A stretch of DNA of 64,000 bases from a virus: IMG/VR virus record IMGVR_UViG_3300023174_007844, positions 16,399 through 80,398 of that record. One strand, written 5' to 3'. The notes beneath the pieces are model-generated. The model was not told the DNA's origin. It did not search any database and saw nothing but the letters and a program-made list of their open reading frames with translations. The position numbers and the translations under genes were made by a program. Every line of letters starts with the position of its first letter. The first letter of the stretch is position 1. This document shows positions 1 to 10,356 of this stretch, one piece after another.

Positions 1-679
1 GCAAAGGCAATCTATCAAACTCCAGCAATCTATAAGAATTAGAGATTTGCTTACAGATAACGTAAGAACAACTTTTTTGGATGAGTTTGAGTTTCTTATA
101 TTCTTGAACTTGATCATTTGTAAGGGATAATTTCGTCTTTTTTAGTGTTTTGTCTACCACTTCAAGATTTTGCTTTACAGAAATAAATTTGCAGTTTTTG
201 ATAGCATTTCTAACTGTAGATTCGCTTTGTCCAGTGTAGAAAGAAATTGTATTAATTGCCACTGGTCTTTCGTCTTCATACCGAGCAGCAAAAATACAAA
301 TTAGGAGTTCTTTGACAACTTTTTTGCTTTGACTTTGAAGGGCAGACAACGGTACTGCTACTGGTTTTGACCTAGTTATTTCTGGCTTTAAGCGGTCAAT
401 AATTCTATTGATAGAAAATAAACAAACAGTTTTCTTGCCAAATTTTCCATGAGGAGCAGTCCAATACTTGTCAATACCTTTGTCAATAATCTTGTAAACA
501 AAGGTAGATGAATATTGAAATACTTTGCTTGCTATATTGATTATTTCTTCTAGAGGAACGATGCCTGAATTATTAAGGTCTACTAACTTAGAAATAGCCC
601 AAAGTATATAAACATCCACTTCATTGTGTTGTAATACTTGGGCTATAACTTCAGGATTCAGGATTATCGTTTTGGACAT
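1..679 (-). CDS. Putative HTH DNA-binding protein (runs off window start)
   Basis: Hand translation from ATG at 679 (MSKTIILNPEVIAQ...) stays open to the edge; contains HTH-like VAINTISFYTGQSESTVRNAIK; not in the ORF track. Confidence 0.6.
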   Translation of the reverse strand, partial: MSKTIILNPEVIAQVLQHNEVDVYILWAISKLVDLNNSGIVPLEEIINIASKVFQYSSTFVYKIIDKGIDKYWTAPHGKFGKKTVCLFSINRIIDRLKPEITRSKPVAVPLSALQSQSKKVVKELLICIFAARYEDERPVAINTISFYTGQSESTVRNAIKNCKFISVKQNLEVVDKTLKKTKLSLTNDQVQEYKKLKLIQKSCSYVICKQISNSYRLLEFDRLPL

Positions 680-896
680 TATTAGATAGATCTTCTAAAA
701 TTTTATTTGCGCCAGACCAGAAGATGTACTTGTAAACATCTTCTTCAGTATATCCTGGATTTTCAGCCAACATAAGCTGATGAATAAAATGAATTTTATT
801 AGCTAGATTTCCATTGATAAGAATATTCACTGGAATTTCTTCAGGAGCATCATTAAAAGATTGTTTCAATTTTTCAATAATTTCAATGTTGTTCAT
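651..896 (-). CDS. Hypothetical protein
   Basis: 81-aa ORF overlapping both neighbours in the operon. Confidence 0.7.
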   Translation of the reverse strand: MNNIEIIEKLKQSFNDAPEEIPVNILINGNLANKIHFIHQLMLAENPGYTEEDVYKYIFWSGANKILEDLSNNVQNDNPES

Positions 897-1515
897 TTAG
901 TTCTCCCATTTTTATCTTTGCATTCTTAATAAAATTTTTCCAAAGTAGATTTAAATTCTTAAAGTTTTCTTTATGTAAATCTTCATCTATTTGCTTGTAA
1001 ACATTGTCTGTCCAAGTAATAAAATCAGGATTGTAACTATTTAAGCGTTCATATTTCTTTATTTTTTCCGCAAAAGAAATAAGAAAATCAACTTCAGATA
1101 AACCACCGGGATAATTACTAGAATTGTTTTCTTTTTCGAGATATTTTTTGATTGTATTACTAACTTCTCTCATCAGATATTTGACATCAAAATCAACAGT
1201 TTCTATATCAATTTTAGCAAATACAGAGAGTTTATGTATAGCTTCTACAAAATTCAAACCTTCAACATCTTGTACTAGTTGAATCAAATCTCCAGTGGCT
1301 CCGCATCCAAAGCAATTATAGGTATTTGTTTTAGTATTGACACCAAAAGAAGGATTGCCGTCATCGTGATCTGGCATAGGACATCTTGTGTTTGCCCAAT
1401 CAGTGTGCTTAGATATTATGAAGTCAGAATCATATTCCGACTCCATAAATTCCATAATATCAATACTTTTCACTAGATTATCAATAAATTGCCTAGTGAT
1501 TGTAGTTTTATTCAT
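883..1515 (-). CDS. CHC2 zinc-finger protein (DnaG primase N-terminal Zn-binding domain, no TOPRIM)
   Basis: CPMPDHDDGNPSF...YNCFGCGATGDLIQLVQDVEGLNFVEAIHKL; likely start MNKTT at 1515 overlapping the helicase stop. Confidence 0.85.
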   Translation of the reverse strand: MNKTTITRQFIDNLVKSIDIMEFMESEYDSDFIISKHTDWANTRCPMPDHDDGNPSFGVNTKTNTYNCFGCGATGDLIQLVQDVEGLNFVEAIHKLSVFAKIDIETVDFDVKYLMREVSNTIKKYLEKENNSSNYPGGLSEVDFLISFAEKIKKYERLNSYNPDFITWTDNVYKQIDEDLHKENFKNLNLLWKNFIKNAKIKMGELNEQH

Positions 1516-3103
1516 AAAGCATCCAATCAGACACAGAAAGTTCTCTATCATCATCGTAGTTTATAGGTTCAATTTCTTCTTCGTCATCTAAAATTGCTTG
1601 AACATTTCCATTTTCATCACGAACAACTGGATTACGTTTGATAGGAGTTTTGCCGTCAGGACGATCTGATGTGGGAACTTCCTTAACAACTGTATTTCCA
1701 GTTGCAACACCATGTAATGCCAATATTTGTTGCTGCTCTTCTTCTTCCAATTCTGATACTTTATTGTATTCTCTGTTCATGCGAATTGGAAACGGGTTGA
1801 ACCAAGCATCACGCATTTTAACTGGATGAAGAATACAATATCCATGTTCCCGATTGGGCTCCATAGCAATAGCATAGGTACAAAGGTGCATGAGGTTTTG
1901 TCCACCAGATGCAGCAGCCTGATCATAAGACATAAATTTTTTGTCATCTTTAGACTTGCGTGAATCTCTAATTGTCTCACGGTTTATCTGTTGAGCAGTG
2001 AGAACTGGAATATTGTATCTTTTGGCAAGCAAGAATAAACCCTTAACTGCTTGTGATTGATTCTCCCAATCTTTTGCTCCATTGACAGCTTTACGCACGG
2101 TCATATTTCCAATATAGTCAACTACAAGAAGATCTGGTTTGCCTTTTGTAGCAATCAATTCTCTAATTTTTTGATCAATATATTCTGGTGTAGGATCTTC
2201 CATATTGACATCATATTCAAAATATGGGCCATCTTCTTGACCTTTTAAACCATCATAAATTGTCTTCATTTCATCTGGAGAAAGATCAGTGCCTTTGATT
2301 TGGTCATAAGGAATCTCAAAACTTAATGAAACGTGACGAAGCAAACAAAGCCAAGAGTTCATTTCAAAAGAAAGATACAAAACTTTTTTCTTGCACACTT
2401 TATTTGCATGAAGAGCAGAATTTAAAAGCATTACACTCTTACCACCAGAAGAAGGTGCCAAGAAAACAATAATTTGTCCAGGCATCCATCCAAAAGTTTT
2501 AGAATCTATATTGCTTATTCCACATTCAATACCCTTAAATAATTCAGGTTGAGTAAGACGTTTTTCGTACTCTAATTTGAAGAAATCAGCACTATTAGAT
2601 ACATCAAAATTTTGTATTTCAGAAAATTTTTCAGACAGTTCTTCCTGAATATCATCAAGGTCTTTCTGGATAGCTTCTACAGTTTTAGATAGATCACCAT
2701 TAGCAAGAAGACTATTAGATGATTCAAAAGTTTTAGTAAGTGTGCGTAGACCTTTATTCTTTTTAAGCAATGTAGTGACTTCGTAAAAATCATTCTCATT
2801 AAAGTCAAAATTCTCAATCTCATCCCAAAGAGAAATATATTTTCTACGGGTGAAATCTTTGATATTGCTTTCATTCAATGATGATTCAAGTACAAAGCCT
2901 GTTAATAAACTTCCACCACTTCTTTCCCAATATTTCATTATAAAATCGTACATTTTTTGGGTGTAAGAAGAGGTGTCATTTGAATCTATATGAACAAAAT
3001 GATCCCTAGTAATTTGACGTGCAAGAGCCTTATCCATACACTTTTGACTTTTAGTGATGGATGATAGGAACATTATTTCTAGTGAACGTTGATCTAGTTT
3101 CAT
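1508..3103 (-). CDS. dnaB: Replicative DnaB-like (SF4) helicase
   Basis: Walker A APSSGGKS, SFEM, VVDY, AQQINRE motifs; likely start MKLDQ at 3103 (ATGA overlap). Confidence 0.9.
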   Translation of the reverse strand: MKLDQRSLEIMFLSSITKSQKCMDKALARQITRDHFVHIDSNDTSSYTQKMYDFIMKYWERSGGSLLTGFVLESSLNESNIKDFTRRKYISLWDEIENFDFNENDFYEVTTLLKKNKGLRTLTKTFESSNSLLANGDLSKTVEAIQKDLDDIQEELSEKFSEIQNFDVSNSADFFKLEYEKRLTQPELFKGIECGISNIDSKTFGWMPGQIIVFLAPSSGGKSVMLLNSALHANKVCKKKVLYLSFEMNSWLCLLRHVSLSFEIPYDQIKGTDLSPDEMKTIYDGLKGQEDGPYFEYDVNMEDPTPEYIDQKIRELIATKGKPDLLVVDYIGNMTVRKAVNGAKDWENQSQAVKGLFLLAKRYNIPVLTAQQINRETIRDSRKSKDDKKFMSYDQAAASGGQNLMHLCTYAIAMEPNREHGYCILHPVKMRDAWFNPFPIRMNREYNKVSELEEEEQQQILALHGVATGNTVVKEVPTSDRPDGKTPIKRNPVVRDENGNVQAILDDEEEIEPINYDDDRELSVSDWMLYE

Positions 3104-3897
3104 CTTGCGTAAGGCAACCTTATAGTAATGCAATTTCGAAGTAAAGAATTCCAACCAGAACCTGTTGAAATATTCGCAGTTCCATAAGTCAACAAAAAGT
3201 ATGGTTTGCCAGAGTTTACCCTTGATTTTGCTAGTCTGTCTAAATTTTGAGGGAATTGAGGGTGAGTTTGTTTATATTGTTCAATTCCATCGATGACAAT
3301 AAAATCAAGACTCTTAAATTCTTCATTCATCTTGTCAAATTCATCTTTCTTATCAAAATCGCTTAAGACACTTATAATTTCAGTCCAATCATAGTACTTA
3401 GCAGACAAACCTTTTTTGATAGCAGATTGAACTAATACTGCACCGATAAAAGTTTTACCACTACCATTTTTACCATCAAAAATTAGTGATGTAAGTGGTG
3501 TCTTGATATTTCCAGTGTGACGAATAATTGGAGGATCGTTGTTTACAATATCCTTCATATATTTTTCAAAATGCTTAAGTAATACTAAAACTCGTTCACT
3601 GGTTTTAGATTCAACACCAAGATCTCTTCCATGAGAATCTGCACGAATATTCCAATCATCAAGACTTTTACCAATGAAAACTCTTGGTACATTAGCTTTA
3701 GCATAAAGTTCTTTGAGAAATTTTTCTTTCTCACATGAACACATTACAGATTTAGCTTTGTAATTAACAGTGTAGCCCCAATAATCACAAAGAGCGCAAC
3801 CGATACCTTTACTCATTCTAAGGTTTCGTGCACTATCTCGTAAGTTTTCTTTTAAATTATTTAGACCCAATATATCTTCAAAATTAGGTTCAGCCAT
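3100..3897 (-). CDS. DnaC/IstB-like helicase loader ATPase
   Basis: N-terminal CxxC...CxC, Walker A GKNGSGKT, Walker B IVIDG; adjacent to DnaB. Confidence 0.8.
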   Translation of the reverse strand: MAEPNFEDILGLNNLKENLRDSARNLRMSKGIGCALCDYWGYTVNYKAKSVMCSCEKEKFLKELYAKANVPRVFIGKSLDDWNIRADSHGRDLGVESKTSERVLVLLKHFEKYMKDIVNNDPPIIRHTGNIKTPLTSLIFDGKNGSGKTFIGAVLVQSAIKKGLSAKYYDWTEIISVLSDFDKKDEFDKMNEEFKSLDFIVIDGIEQYKQTHPQFPQNLDRLAKSRVNSGKPYFLLTYGTANISTGSGWNSLLRNCITIRLPYAR

Positions 3898-5501
3898 TAC
3901 AAATCATCCTCGTTCTCATTGTATCTCTTAATTTCAGAATTGCTACTGGAGGCATTTCTTGCTCTTTCACTAGCCCAAGATCTCAAGTATTGTATCTCTT
4001 CTTTCATCAATTTAGAAATGGGAACGGAATCTTTAATTGCGTCTACTATGTCTGATGTAATGATTTCTCTTTTGTTATCACTGAATGCTTCGTACAAAGC
4101 TGATTCAATGGCAGCTTCTATTTCCGCACCTGTGAAACTTTCAGATAAATCTGCCAATAATTCCAAATTAAAATTCTTTGGATTTCTGTTTCTTTTCTCA
4201 AGGTGGATTTTAAATATAGTTTTTCTTTCTAGCAGTTTAGGAAGATCTACAAAGAAAATCTCATCAAATCTACCTTTTCTCAATAATTCTGGTGGCAATG
4301 AAGAAACATCATTGGCAGTAGCAACAACAAATACTGGAGACTTTCTATCCTGCATCCAAGTGAGCCAAGAACCTAAGACTCTAGATGTAGTACCGCCATC
4401 TGTTGTACTTGATGCTCTTGATCCAGACATGCCCTTATCAATTTCATCACACCAAAGAATACAGGGAGCTACAGATTCAGCCACTTTAAAAACTTGTCTC
4501 ATATTTTGTTCAGAACTTCCAACAAGACCAGAAAATACTTTGCCCATGTCAAGTCTTAGAAGTGGGAAATTCCAAAATGATGAAATAGCTTTGGCGAATA
4601 ATGACTTACCAGCACCTTGAATGCCTACAAGTAAAATGCCTTTGGGATTTGCTGGCAATCCATAATCTAATGCCTCTAATGAAAAAGCATCTTTACGTTT
4701 TTCGAGCCAAGATTTTAATCCTGATAAACCACCAATACTATTCATATCAGTAGGGTCATCAATCCAATCCAATAAGCCTGATTTACGGATAATATCTTTC
4801 TTTTGTTGAATAATTGATTCAGGCAATAAGGATGTGTGTTTGATCATACAATAGGTACAAACTTGCTCACATTCTGATATTGTCAAACCTCTAAAACAAT
4901 TGACTACATTGTCAAGTTCTTCTTTGGTATATGATGTTTGAAATTTAGCAGCAAGATCAGGTCTTTTAGATGCTTTATCTAAAAGATATGTAATCTTTTC
5001 TGCTATTTCATCTTTACTTGGAAGAGGAAAATCAATTACAGGAACAGATTTTTCTAAATCTGTGGGAAGTTCTAGTGTGGATGAAAGAATAATTATTGCT
5101 TTGTTCTCTGTGGAAAAATCAAAGCTTAAGTTTTTCAATTGGCGGACAACTTTTATTTCTACTTGTCCACGATAGTTTCCAGAACCAAAAAATTTATTGT
5201 AATCTTTCAACACCAAGATACAAAATTTATTCTTTGGAACTATAAGTTTTTTAAACCAGCCTAATACTTCTTCTTGGTCCAAAACACAATCAGATGCTTT
5301 TGCTGGTAAGAATTCTGGAAATGTTGAATGAAGTCCAGAAACGATATCCCATTTTACGAGATCCCAAGAAGTATCAGCTTTGGAACATAAACTTTCCAAA
5401 GCTGACATTACTCTATTTTCTTCTTGAGATACTAAATATAAGACTGTTCTTTTAGATCTTATTAGCAGCTCAATTTCATCTATTGTTTGATTGCTGTCCA
5501 T
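3897..5501 (-). CDS. AAA+ ATPase (Ycf46/SpoVK-like)
   Basis: GIQGAGKS, LWCDEIDK, ATAN, PPELLRKGRFDEIFFVDLP. Confidence 0.9.
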   Translation of the reverse strand: MDSNQTIDEIELLIRSKRTVLYLVSQEENRVMSALESLCSKADTSWDLVKWDIVSGLHSTFPEFLPAKASDCVLDQEEVLGWFKKLIVPKNKFCILVLKDYNKFFGSGNYRGQVEIKVVRQLKNLSFDFSTENKAIIILSSTLELPTDLEKSVPVIDFPLPSKDEIAEKITYLLDKASKRPDLAAKFQTSYTKEELDNVVNCFRGLTISECEQVCTYCMIKHTSLLPESIIQQKKDIIRKSGLLDWIDDPTDMNSIGGLSGLKSWLEKRKDAFSLEALDYGLPANPKGILLVGIQGAGKSLFAKAISSFWNFPLLRLDMGKVFSGLVGSSEQNMRQVFKVAESVAPCILWCDEIDKGMSGSRASSTTDGGTTSRVLGSWLTWMQDRKSPVFVVATANDVSSLPPELLRKGRFDEIFFVDLPKLLERKTIFKIHLEKRNRNPKNFNLELLADLSESFTGAEIEAAIESALYEAFSDNKREIITSDIVDAIKDSVPISKLMKEEIQYLRSWASERARNASSSNSEIKRYNENEDDL

Positions 5502-6318
5502 TTATAAACTTATCGAATTGAAATCTAGGATTGCCTGGATAATCTTCATCTCTCCACCAGGTTTCTTCCTTGTATTTAGTCGTGTATTTAACGAAAATTT
5601 CACGCCAATCAAGCATTTCAAATCCTGGAAGATATGGGGATCTTGATATAGATTTTTGAAAAGTATCAGCTATCAGTTTCTTTTCTTCAGCATTGCCTTT
5701 GGAAAGTGTGGCAAAAAGTTGATTCAATCCAGATGTAAAATCTTCTGCACTAATGTTTTGTGTCTTAGCATAGTAGGTACAAACAATAGGAATGCCAAAT
5801 TTGGAAAACATTTCTTTTGATCTTCCAAGTTTTGCCAAGCTCTTCACTTCATCATAGATATCAATCAGAGGTGCAGAATTATTTGTATTAATTACATCTT
5901 GGTAGTAACGATTCAAATAGTGAGGAAATTCCATAAGTAAGAAGTGTCCTGACCTTTGCATGATTACAGTTTTATTTATGAAGCACCAATCAATAAATTT
6001 CTTGGTCCATTCATTCTTGTCTAACTTATTGTCTTCCATAAAATCAGCAATTATGTTGATGATTTTATTGTCAGAGGTGTAAGTGACTCGGTAAACCCCA
6101 TCAAATGCTTTCTTGTATTCGTTCAAGAAGTAATCTGTGAAATTCTTAGCCGTCCAATCATTAAGATTTTCTGGTGCTTCTTTCAAAGTCTTAATTACAG
6201 GCTTTTTGCGCTGTCGTTTGTTGGCTTGAAATGGATTTACCAATTCAGATTGAAGAGGAACGTGTTGCATATAAATACCTTTCACAAAGTCATAAGTGGG
6301 ATCATTAACTGTCTTCAT
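5476..6318 (-). CDS. Hypothetical protein in replication operon
   Basis: 280-aa ORF overlapping both neighbours. Confidence 0.7.
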   Translation of the reverse strand: MKTVNDPTYDFVKGIYMQHVPLQSELVNPFQANKRQRKKPVIKTLKEAPENLNDWTAKNFTDYFLNEYKKAFDGVYRVTYTSDNKIINIIADFMEDNKLDKNEWTKKFIDWCFINKTVIMQRSGHFLLMEFPHYLNRYYQDVINTNNSAPLIDIYDEVKSLAKLGRSKEMFSKFGIPIVCTYYAKTQNISAEDFTSGLNQLFATLSKGNAEEKKLIADTFQKSISRSPYLPGFEMLDWREIFVKYTTKYKEETWWRDEDYPGNPRFQFDKFINGQQSNNR

Positions 6319-7030
6319 CTTCTACCTCAATCAAATCAAAATTTTGCATCTCCTTTATCTCTTCTAAAGAAGTTTCTTTTACTTTGGCTATGCCATTTTC
6401 TTTATATACTAGATAATTTTTTGATGATATAAGGGCAAATTTTTCTGGAGAGTGAGTAATGAGTATATTTTGTAAACCTAATTCAGTGTTATATTTCTTC
6501 ATAAATTTCAATAAATATTTCATTACTCCATCTTTAGAAACAGCAGAAAATGCTTCATCTAAGAAATAAGCACCTGTGTATCCATTATAAGTTCCAAAAG
6601 CAATTCGCAATATATAGCTGATAATTTCATGCAGTCCTCCTCCACTTGTTCCACGTAAAGGACGTTTTACTAACTCACCATCAATTATTTTTTCCAATGT
6701 TGGCGAAATTGTAAATTGACTTGTATTTTCACTTTCCTTTTGGCTTATTTCTTTCATTTCCATAGTGAAAGTATAATCTTGGCTATACATATCTCTTGAC
6801 CAAGCAGTAACTAATTCTTCAATTGAAGAAATTGCATTAAGTCTGGTTTCTTGTGCTATTTGGCGAATAAATATATTAGCTTTTTTGTTGAGTTCTTTAT
6901 CAACTTCTAACTCTTTTATCTTACTTTCTTGTTCTTCTAAAAGAGTTTGTAAGGTTTTGCGTTCTGCTTCAAGAGTAATCAATTCTCTTTCAAGTTTACT
7001 ACAAAAGCTTTTAATTTGCTGAAGATTCAA
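6305..7030 (-). CDS. SbcC/Rad50-like ATPase, C-terminal half
   Basis: Coiled coil then signature-like TSGGG, Walker B YFLDEAF, H-loop LITH; no Walker A. Confidence 0.85.
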   Translation of the reverse strand: MNLQQIKSFCSKLERELITLEAERKTLQTLLEEQESKIKELEVDKELNKKANIFIRQIAQETRLNAISSIEELVTAWSRDMYSQDYTFTMEMKEISQKESENTSQFTISPTLEKIIDGELVKRPLRGTSGGGLHEIISYILRIAFGTYNGYTGAYFLDEAFSAVSKDGVMKYLLKFMKKYNTELGLQNILITHSPEKFALISSKNYLVYKENGIAKVKETSLEEIKEMQNFDLIEVEDEDS

Positions 7031-7032
7031 GA

Positions 7033-7287
7033 CTACTCTCCTTCAAGTTCAACAACTTTATCTTGTAACTCCTGAAGTTTGCTTTCTAATTCAGATTGCT
7101 TATTTGTAATTAGATTCTTAAGATCTTTTGGTTTGCAGCCATAGTTGTTTTTGCAAGTTTGTACTAAATCATCATATTCAGTTTTAAATTGTTCAAGCTG
7201 CGTAGATAAAACTTGAACTTTACCTTCAGCATTTCCTTTTTTCTTCTTGTATGCTTCGATCTGATCTAGAATTTCTTTAGATGTCAT
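7033..7287 (-). CDS. Small coiled-coil protein (SbcCD-associated)
   Basis: 84-aa heptad-rich ORF between SbcD and the SbcC C-half. Confidence 0.7.
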   Translation of the reverse strand: MTSKEILDQIEAYKKKKGNAEGKVQVLSTQLEQFKTEYDDLVQTCKNNYGCKPKDLKNLITNKQSELESKLQELQDKVVELEGE

Positions 7288-7291
7288 TTTT

Positions 7292-8293
7292 TCATTCCCC
7301 CTTAATAGTCTTGGTATTTACGGTCTTAACAGCATTGATAGCTAAATCAATAATTTCATTGCTTATATTAGCGTTTTCTGCTTTAGTTCTTAGCGCAGAG
7401 ATTTTATCATCAAGATTTGTAAACTGCCATGATGTAGTTCTCATGTTTGCAACCTTAAGTTTGAACTCATGTGTATCTTTCTTAAGTTCTTTTGCTGCTT
7501 GCATTTCTTCAAGCTTAAAAACTTCACTAGCTGGTTTTGCAGATTTAAGCTTGATATATTCTTCGTTTTGAATTTCACCATCCAATGTATAGTCAAGAAT
7601 TAATATTTTAATGTCTTTTTCTAAATTGTCCCTAGACGCTGAATACCTACTGATTGAACCAGGGTTAATAAATCGCTTGCCATCACTTCTTGTTTGCGTC
7701 ATTTCGTGATGTATATGACCTGAAATGACTAGATTTGTATTGGGATGCAAAGGTGTATCCTCGAAAAGATAAGCATATTCAGCAAACCTATCAATTTTTG
7801 TTGAGATCGATGCATGACAAACCCAAATAATTGCTGATGAAGTTGTAAGAAAACCTTGCTTTATTTCTCTGTCTAAAGATGGAGTGTAATGAGCAAAAGA
7901 TATACCCAAAGAAGGTTCATAGTCTGTCTTAATCAATAATCCAGCTGAAATAAGTGTTCCTAAAGCAGTCTTTTCAAGATTTGAAGAACTATCGAGATCG
8001 TGATTCCCTACACAGATATAGATAGGAAATGACCAAGGTTTATTGCCATTTGGTATACCTTTCAAAATTTCTAAAGTTTGATTTCGTAAGAGTGGTCCAA
8101 CTTCATAAACTTCAAATAGATCACCAAGAAGAACAACGGCATCAAGCTTTCTTTCTTCAGCAATTTGCAAACATTCAACAAGCTTTGCTCTGATTGACAA
8201 ACTATAATCATCAAGCCTATTTTTTGGTTGCCTATCCATTAAGTGAATATCACCAACAAACATGACTTTATTTTGTTTAATTACATTCTTCAT
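7292..8293 (-). CDS. SbcD/Mre11-like metallophosphoesterase nuclease
   Basis: GDIH, LGDLF, GNHD, SGHIH, NPGS motifs. Confidence 0.9.
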   Translation of the reverse strand: MKNVIKQNKVMFVGDIHLMDRQPKNRLDDYSLSIRAKLVECLQIAEERKLDAVVLLGDLFEVYEVGPLLRNQTLEILKGIPNGNKPWSFPIYICVGNHDLDSSSNLEKTALGTLISAGLLIKTDYEPSLGISFAHYTPSLDREIKQGFLTTSSAIIWVCHASISTKIDRFAEYAYLFEDTPLHPNTNLVISGHIHHEMTQTRSDGKRFINPGSISRYSASRDNLEKDIKILILDYTLDGEIQNEEYIKLKSAKPASEVFKLEEMQAAKELKKDTHEFKLKVANMRTTSWQFTNLDDKISALRTKAENANISNEIIDLAINAVKTVNTKTIKGE

Positions 8294-9435
8294 GATAATC
8301 TCTGGCACACACAGAATCTTCCACAGGATTCACAGCTTTCAAAATTTTCTCTTGCGTAAATCTCCAAAGATTCAATTTCTATATCACATTCTTTGATAAT
8401 TTGATTTAGTTTTTTGATATCTTCTAATTTAGTATCAATATTTGAGTTTGTATTTTCAATATCAGAATCCAGCTTCTCCATAGTTAATAATTCAGTATGA
8501 ATGGAATCACAGTTTGAAATAAGTTGTCCTATATCACCTTCAGCAATTTCGTAATAATGATTGTAACTCTTTTCGGCAGTTTTATATTGAGTCACTTTAT
8601 TTGAAATATTTTCAATCAAAATAAGACCATCTGATATGTCATTATAATTTTTAGTCAACTCTGGAATAACTGAGCTATAAACTTCTTCAAGTGCTTCATA
8701 TTTGATTTTTTCATTTTTACAATCAACATATTGTTTGTAAGCTTTGTAAAAATCATCAACAAATTCTTCTAAAGTATCAATTTCAGACTCTAAATTTTCA
8801 TAATCTTGAATAAGATCTTTGAGTTTATTGAAATTTTCTATTCTTTCATCAAGATTTTCAAATGGCTTTAATTTTGTTTTAGTTGAGTCAAGTTCAGCAG
8901 ATACTCTTTTTATATCTGCTGAAATTTTATTAACTTCAGAATTAAGTAATGACCCTGCTTGTTCTAGATCATCTATTCTTAGAAGTTTTGAAATATCTTT
9001 TGGTATTGCTGTATCTGTAGAATTGATAAGAAATAATTTATCTTCTTGGTTAGCAAAAGGAACATAAGAATGAGCTGTTCTTGGTGTGTGTCCGATAAAT
9101 TCCACAACATCTTTTGGAAGATCAGAGCCAAATTTTGCGTGTTTGACAAGTTCTTTTCCAAAATACTGATACTCTACTTCATTGACAGTACCTTTGGTTC
9201 GCTTCAAATAGTCGCCATTCTTAAAAATGACAGTGATTTCGGTATTTTTTTGGCCATTTTTGACATCATATGACTTCCATTCATTCTCGAATACAAACAT
9301 AAATGCACGAAATAATGCTGACTTGCCACAGTCAGACGAACCTGTAATTACTGTCAAGCCAGATCCAAAAGTTAAAAAAGTATCTTCGTGATTTTGAAAA
9401 TTCTTTATACGAATGCTCTCTATATGCCTATTCAT
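8290..9435 (-). CDS. SbcC/Rad50-like ATPase, N-terminal half with Zn hook
   Basis: IKNFQNH, Walker A GSSDCGKS, long coiled coil, terminal CESC. Confidence 0.85.
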   Translation of the reverse strand: MNRHIESIRIKNFQNHEDTFLTFGSGLTVITGSSDCGKSALFRAFMFVFENEWKSYDVKNGQKNTEITVIFKNGDYLKRTKGTVNEVEYQYFGKELVKHAKFGSDLPKDVVEFIGHTPRTAHSYVPFANQEDKLFLINSTDTAIPKDISKLLRIDDLEQAGSLLNSEVNKISADIKRVSAELDSTKTKLKPFENLDERIENFNKLKDLIQDYENLESEIDTLEEFVDDFYKAYKQYVDCKNEKIKYEALEEVYSSVIPELTKNYNDISDGLILIENISNKVTQYKTAEKSYNHYYEIAEGDIGQLISNCDSIHTELLTMEKLDSDIENTNSNIDTKLEDIKKLNQIIKECDIEIESLEIYARENFESCESCGRFCVCQRLS

Positions 9436-9917
9436 CTTATAAGCATTGTAGACAATATATCTGGAAAATGCAAGTATACAAATTCAGAGCGAGATCTAAT
9501 TATTGAATTGGGTATATCAAACACATTTGGAATTTCAATTTTATATAGTTCAGCCTTGATCAATTTTATAGGGTTACTGGTCATAGGGCAACATTTATTT
9601 GTTTTGCCATTATGTAATTTATTGCAGCTCATACAAAGAAATTCTGATGATTTAAAATATGGAATAAAAAAATCTACAGTGATGTCAAGTTCTATTTTTC
9701 TAAATTTTAAATATGTATGATTATTGAAGTCTTTGTAATTTTCACATATTTTACGGAATGTTGTGCCTTTATTATCTACAAATAAAGTGCTGGGTATTTT
9801 TATTTCATAATCATTTGTAAAAACAAACTTAGTCTCTGATAAAATACCAGGACTAGCCAAACAGCATAGGAGCTCATTGTTTATTTGTGAAAATCTATAT
9901 TGTGCTGGCTTCTTCAT
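9432..9917 (-). CDS. Hypothetical Cys-rich protein
   Basis: 161-aa ORF, ATGA overlap with the SbcC N-half. Confidence 0.6.
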   Translation of the reverse strand: MKKPAQYRFSQINNELLCCLASPGILSETKFVFTNDYEIKIPSTLFVDNKGTTFRKICENYKDFNNHTYLKFRKIELDITVDFFIPYFKSSEFLCMSCNKLHNGKTNKCCPMTSNPIKLIKAELYKIEIPNVFDIPNSIIRSRSEFVYLHFPDILSTMLIR

Positions 9918-9928
9918 TGGAGGGGAAT

Positions 9929-10126
9929 ATGAAAATAAGTATTGATCGGGATATGCTACTTACTGAATTATACGATTTACGAGCAATATTGACTGAAGCG
10001 GCTTTAGAATCAGATGAAGCAAGGAAAGGCAAATTGAAACTTGATGAAATTTTAACCTTGATTATGAATTCACCACAATCAGAAAATAATTCATCATATC
10101 CAAAGCCAAAGTTGAGGAGGGGCTAA
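9929..10126 (+). CDS. Hypothetical protein
   Basis: GGAGGGG SD before MKISID at 9929. Confidence 0.6.
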   Translation: MKISIDRDMLLTELYDLRAILTEAALESDEARKGKLKLDEILTLIMNSPQSENNSSYPKPKLRRG

Positions 10127-10356
10127 TGACACAAGTAAGACTAGAAGAAATATTGTCTAAAGAAAATATTTCGAATGAAGAGTTGGGAGAAATCCTTGGA
10201 GATATGTTTGTTTCATTCAGCAAACATTTCAAAGAACTCAAAAATCAAATGAATAATCTAAGTGAAGAGATTGACGATTTAAAAAAAGAAATCCAAGCAT
10301 TAGAAGATCAATCTAAACTTGGATTTGGAATAATTTTAGAGGATGAGGAAGATTAG
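10126..10356 (+). CDS. Hypothetical coiled-coil protein
   Basis: TAATG overlap, GAGGAGG SD. Confidence 0.65.
   Translation: MTQVRLEEILSKENISNEELGEILGDMFVSFSKHFKELKNQMNNLSEEIDDLKKEIQALEDQSKLGFGIILEDEED

Noticed and set aside
3919-4620. 233-aa + strand ORF and many other short antisense ORFs in the track
   Set aside because: Shadows of well-supported genes on the opposite strand, with no motifs or start signals.
6305-9435. SbcC pseudogene or frameshift
   Set aside because: The halves are separated by two intact genes and keep all catalytic motifs.
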